Made by a program: the position numbers and the translations under genes. The notes beneath the pieces are model-generated. The model was not told where the DNA came from, did not search any database, and saw only the letters and a program-made list of their open reading frames with translations. Below, one piece after another: positions 5,169 through 6,119 of a DNA stretch of 6,119 nucleotides. Each line of letters begins with the position of its first letter. The first letter of the stretch is position 1. The stretch is from Candidatus Iainarchaeum sp. (GTDB lineage Archaea > Iainarchaeota > Iainarchaeia > Iainarchaeales > 0-14-0-20-30-16), in contig CAIWXP010000129.1 of the NCBI GenBank assembly GCA_903916665.1, positions 1-6,119 of the forward strand, read 5' to 3'.

Positions 5169-6119
5169 ATGGTTAAAAAAAGTAAAATAGAAATTATATC
5201 TGGTGTAGGAGACTTTCCTAGTTTGAAAGCAGCAATAGATGCCAAAGCAGATGCTATTTATTTTGGCATTAAAGGATTAAATATGCGAGACTTTGGTAAA
5301 AATTTTACCATAAAAGATTTATCAGAAATAGTTAGCTATTGTCACCAAAATAAAACAAAGGCATATTTGGCATTAAATACTATTATTTATGATAAAGAAT
5401 TAAATGAAGTTAAGAAAATATTGAAAGCAGCAAAGAAAGCAAAAATTGATGCAGTTATATGTTCTGATTTTTTAGTATTGCAAGAAGCAAAAGCATTGAA
5501 GATACCAATTCATATTAGTACTCAATTATCTGTGTCTAATTCTAGTGCCTGCGAGTTTATTAGAAAATTAGGTGCAGAGCGAGTTGTATTGGCAAGAGAA
5601 TTAAGTTTAACTCAAATAGGGCAGATAAAAAAGAAAAGTAAAATAGAAATTGAAATATTTATTCATGGAAGTTTATGTGTTGCAGAATCTGGAAGATGTT
5701 TTATGAGTTTATATTTCCATGATAAAAGTGCAAATAGAGGTAAATGTACAAATCCTTGTAGAAGAGTTTGGTATTTAGAAACAGAAGAAAAAGAAGGACC
5801 ACGAGCAGAAATTTATGGCAATAGAATTATTAGTTCAAAGGATCTATGCACAATTCCATTCTTTGAGGATATTGTTAAATTAAAACCTTCTGGATTAAAG
5901 ATTGAAGGTAGAAATAAAGGTCCTGATTATATTTATGTTACAACAAAAGTTTACAAAGAAGCTTTACAATTAGCAAAAAAAGGAAAATTAAATGATAAAG
6001 AAAAAACAAGATTGCAAAATGAATTAGAACAAGTATTTAATAGAGGTTTTATTTCTGGATTTTATCATAGAATGCCAGACTATACTGGAACTCAGGTAAA
6101 AAAACAAAGTGAAAGAAAA
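5169..6119 (+). CDS. Peptidase U32 family protein (RlhA/TrhP/UbiU-UbiV-type, Fe-S motif present), C-terminally truncated by the window
   Basis: My own translation from ATG 5169 gives 317 stop-free codons to the window end (MVKKSKIEIISGVGDFPSLKAAIDAKADAIYFG...). It contains the PROSITE-style U32 signature EIFIHGSLCVAESGRCFMS and Cys170/177/193/197 arranged as CX6CX15CX3C. It is missing from the ORF track only because it has no stop codon in the window. Confidence 0.9.
   Translation, partial: MVKKSKIEIISGVGDFPSLKAAIDAKADAIYFGIKGLNMRDFGKNFTIKDLSEIVSYCHQNKTKAYLALNTIIYDKELNEVKKILKAAKKAKIDAVICSDFLVLQEAKALKIPIHISTQLSVSNSSACEFIRKLGAERVVLARELSLTQIGQIKKKSKIEIEIFIHGSLCVAESGRCFMSLYFHDKSANRGKCTNPCRRVWYLETEEKEGPRAEIYGNRIISSKDLCTIPFFEDIVKLKPSGLKIEGRNKGPDYIYVTTKVYKEALQLAKKGKLNDKEKTRLQNELEQVFNRGFISGFYHRMPDYTGTQVKKQSERK

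Noticed and set aside
1-6119. Looked for CRISPR repeats, tRNA/rRNA genes, transposase or integrase genes and long terminal inverted repeats
   Set aside because: None were seen. Non-coding DNA totals only a few hundred bases and is accounted for by the promoters, hairpins and the cobO leader described above.

Overview
This is a very AT-rich window (roughly 30% GC by eye) that is densely coding and uses the standard genetic code. It looks like a small-genome prokaryote, such as a DPANN-type archaeon or a CPR-type bacterium. The sequence alone does not settle the domain: NrdR and hairpin+T-run terminators lean bacterial, while TATA-like boxes at leaderless distances lean archaeal. The core is a compact plus-strand cassette. 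Two NrdR-box-like palindromes (833-881) precede nrdR (901-1344), which is followed 4 nt later by a class II adenosylcobalamin-dependent ribonucleotide reductase (nrdJ, 1349-3526). That reductase carries an N-terminal ATP-cone and a C-terminal Cys4 zinc finger. Next comes a CobA/CobO/BtuR-type corrinoid adenosyltransferase (3619-4122), so the enzyme sits beside the activity that makes its cofactor. The 92-nt nrdJ-cobO spacer is the oddest part of the window. It holds a second copy of the first nine cobO codons, differing only synonymously and out of frame, fused to a 40-nt hairpin. Together these form a 28-codon uORF whose stop overlaps the cobO ATG (ATGTTAA). Flanking genes are as follows. On the minus strand there is an unrecognised basic 213-aa ORF (131-772) plus a further ORF start (1-115). 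An APH/choline-kinase-fold phosphotransferase (4225-5118) lies convergent with cobO. A peptidase-U32-family protein with an exact CX6CX15CX3C Fe-S motif (5169->6119) is absent from the ORF track because it runs off the window edge. I found no tRNA, rRNA, CRISPR array, transposase or B12 riboswitch.
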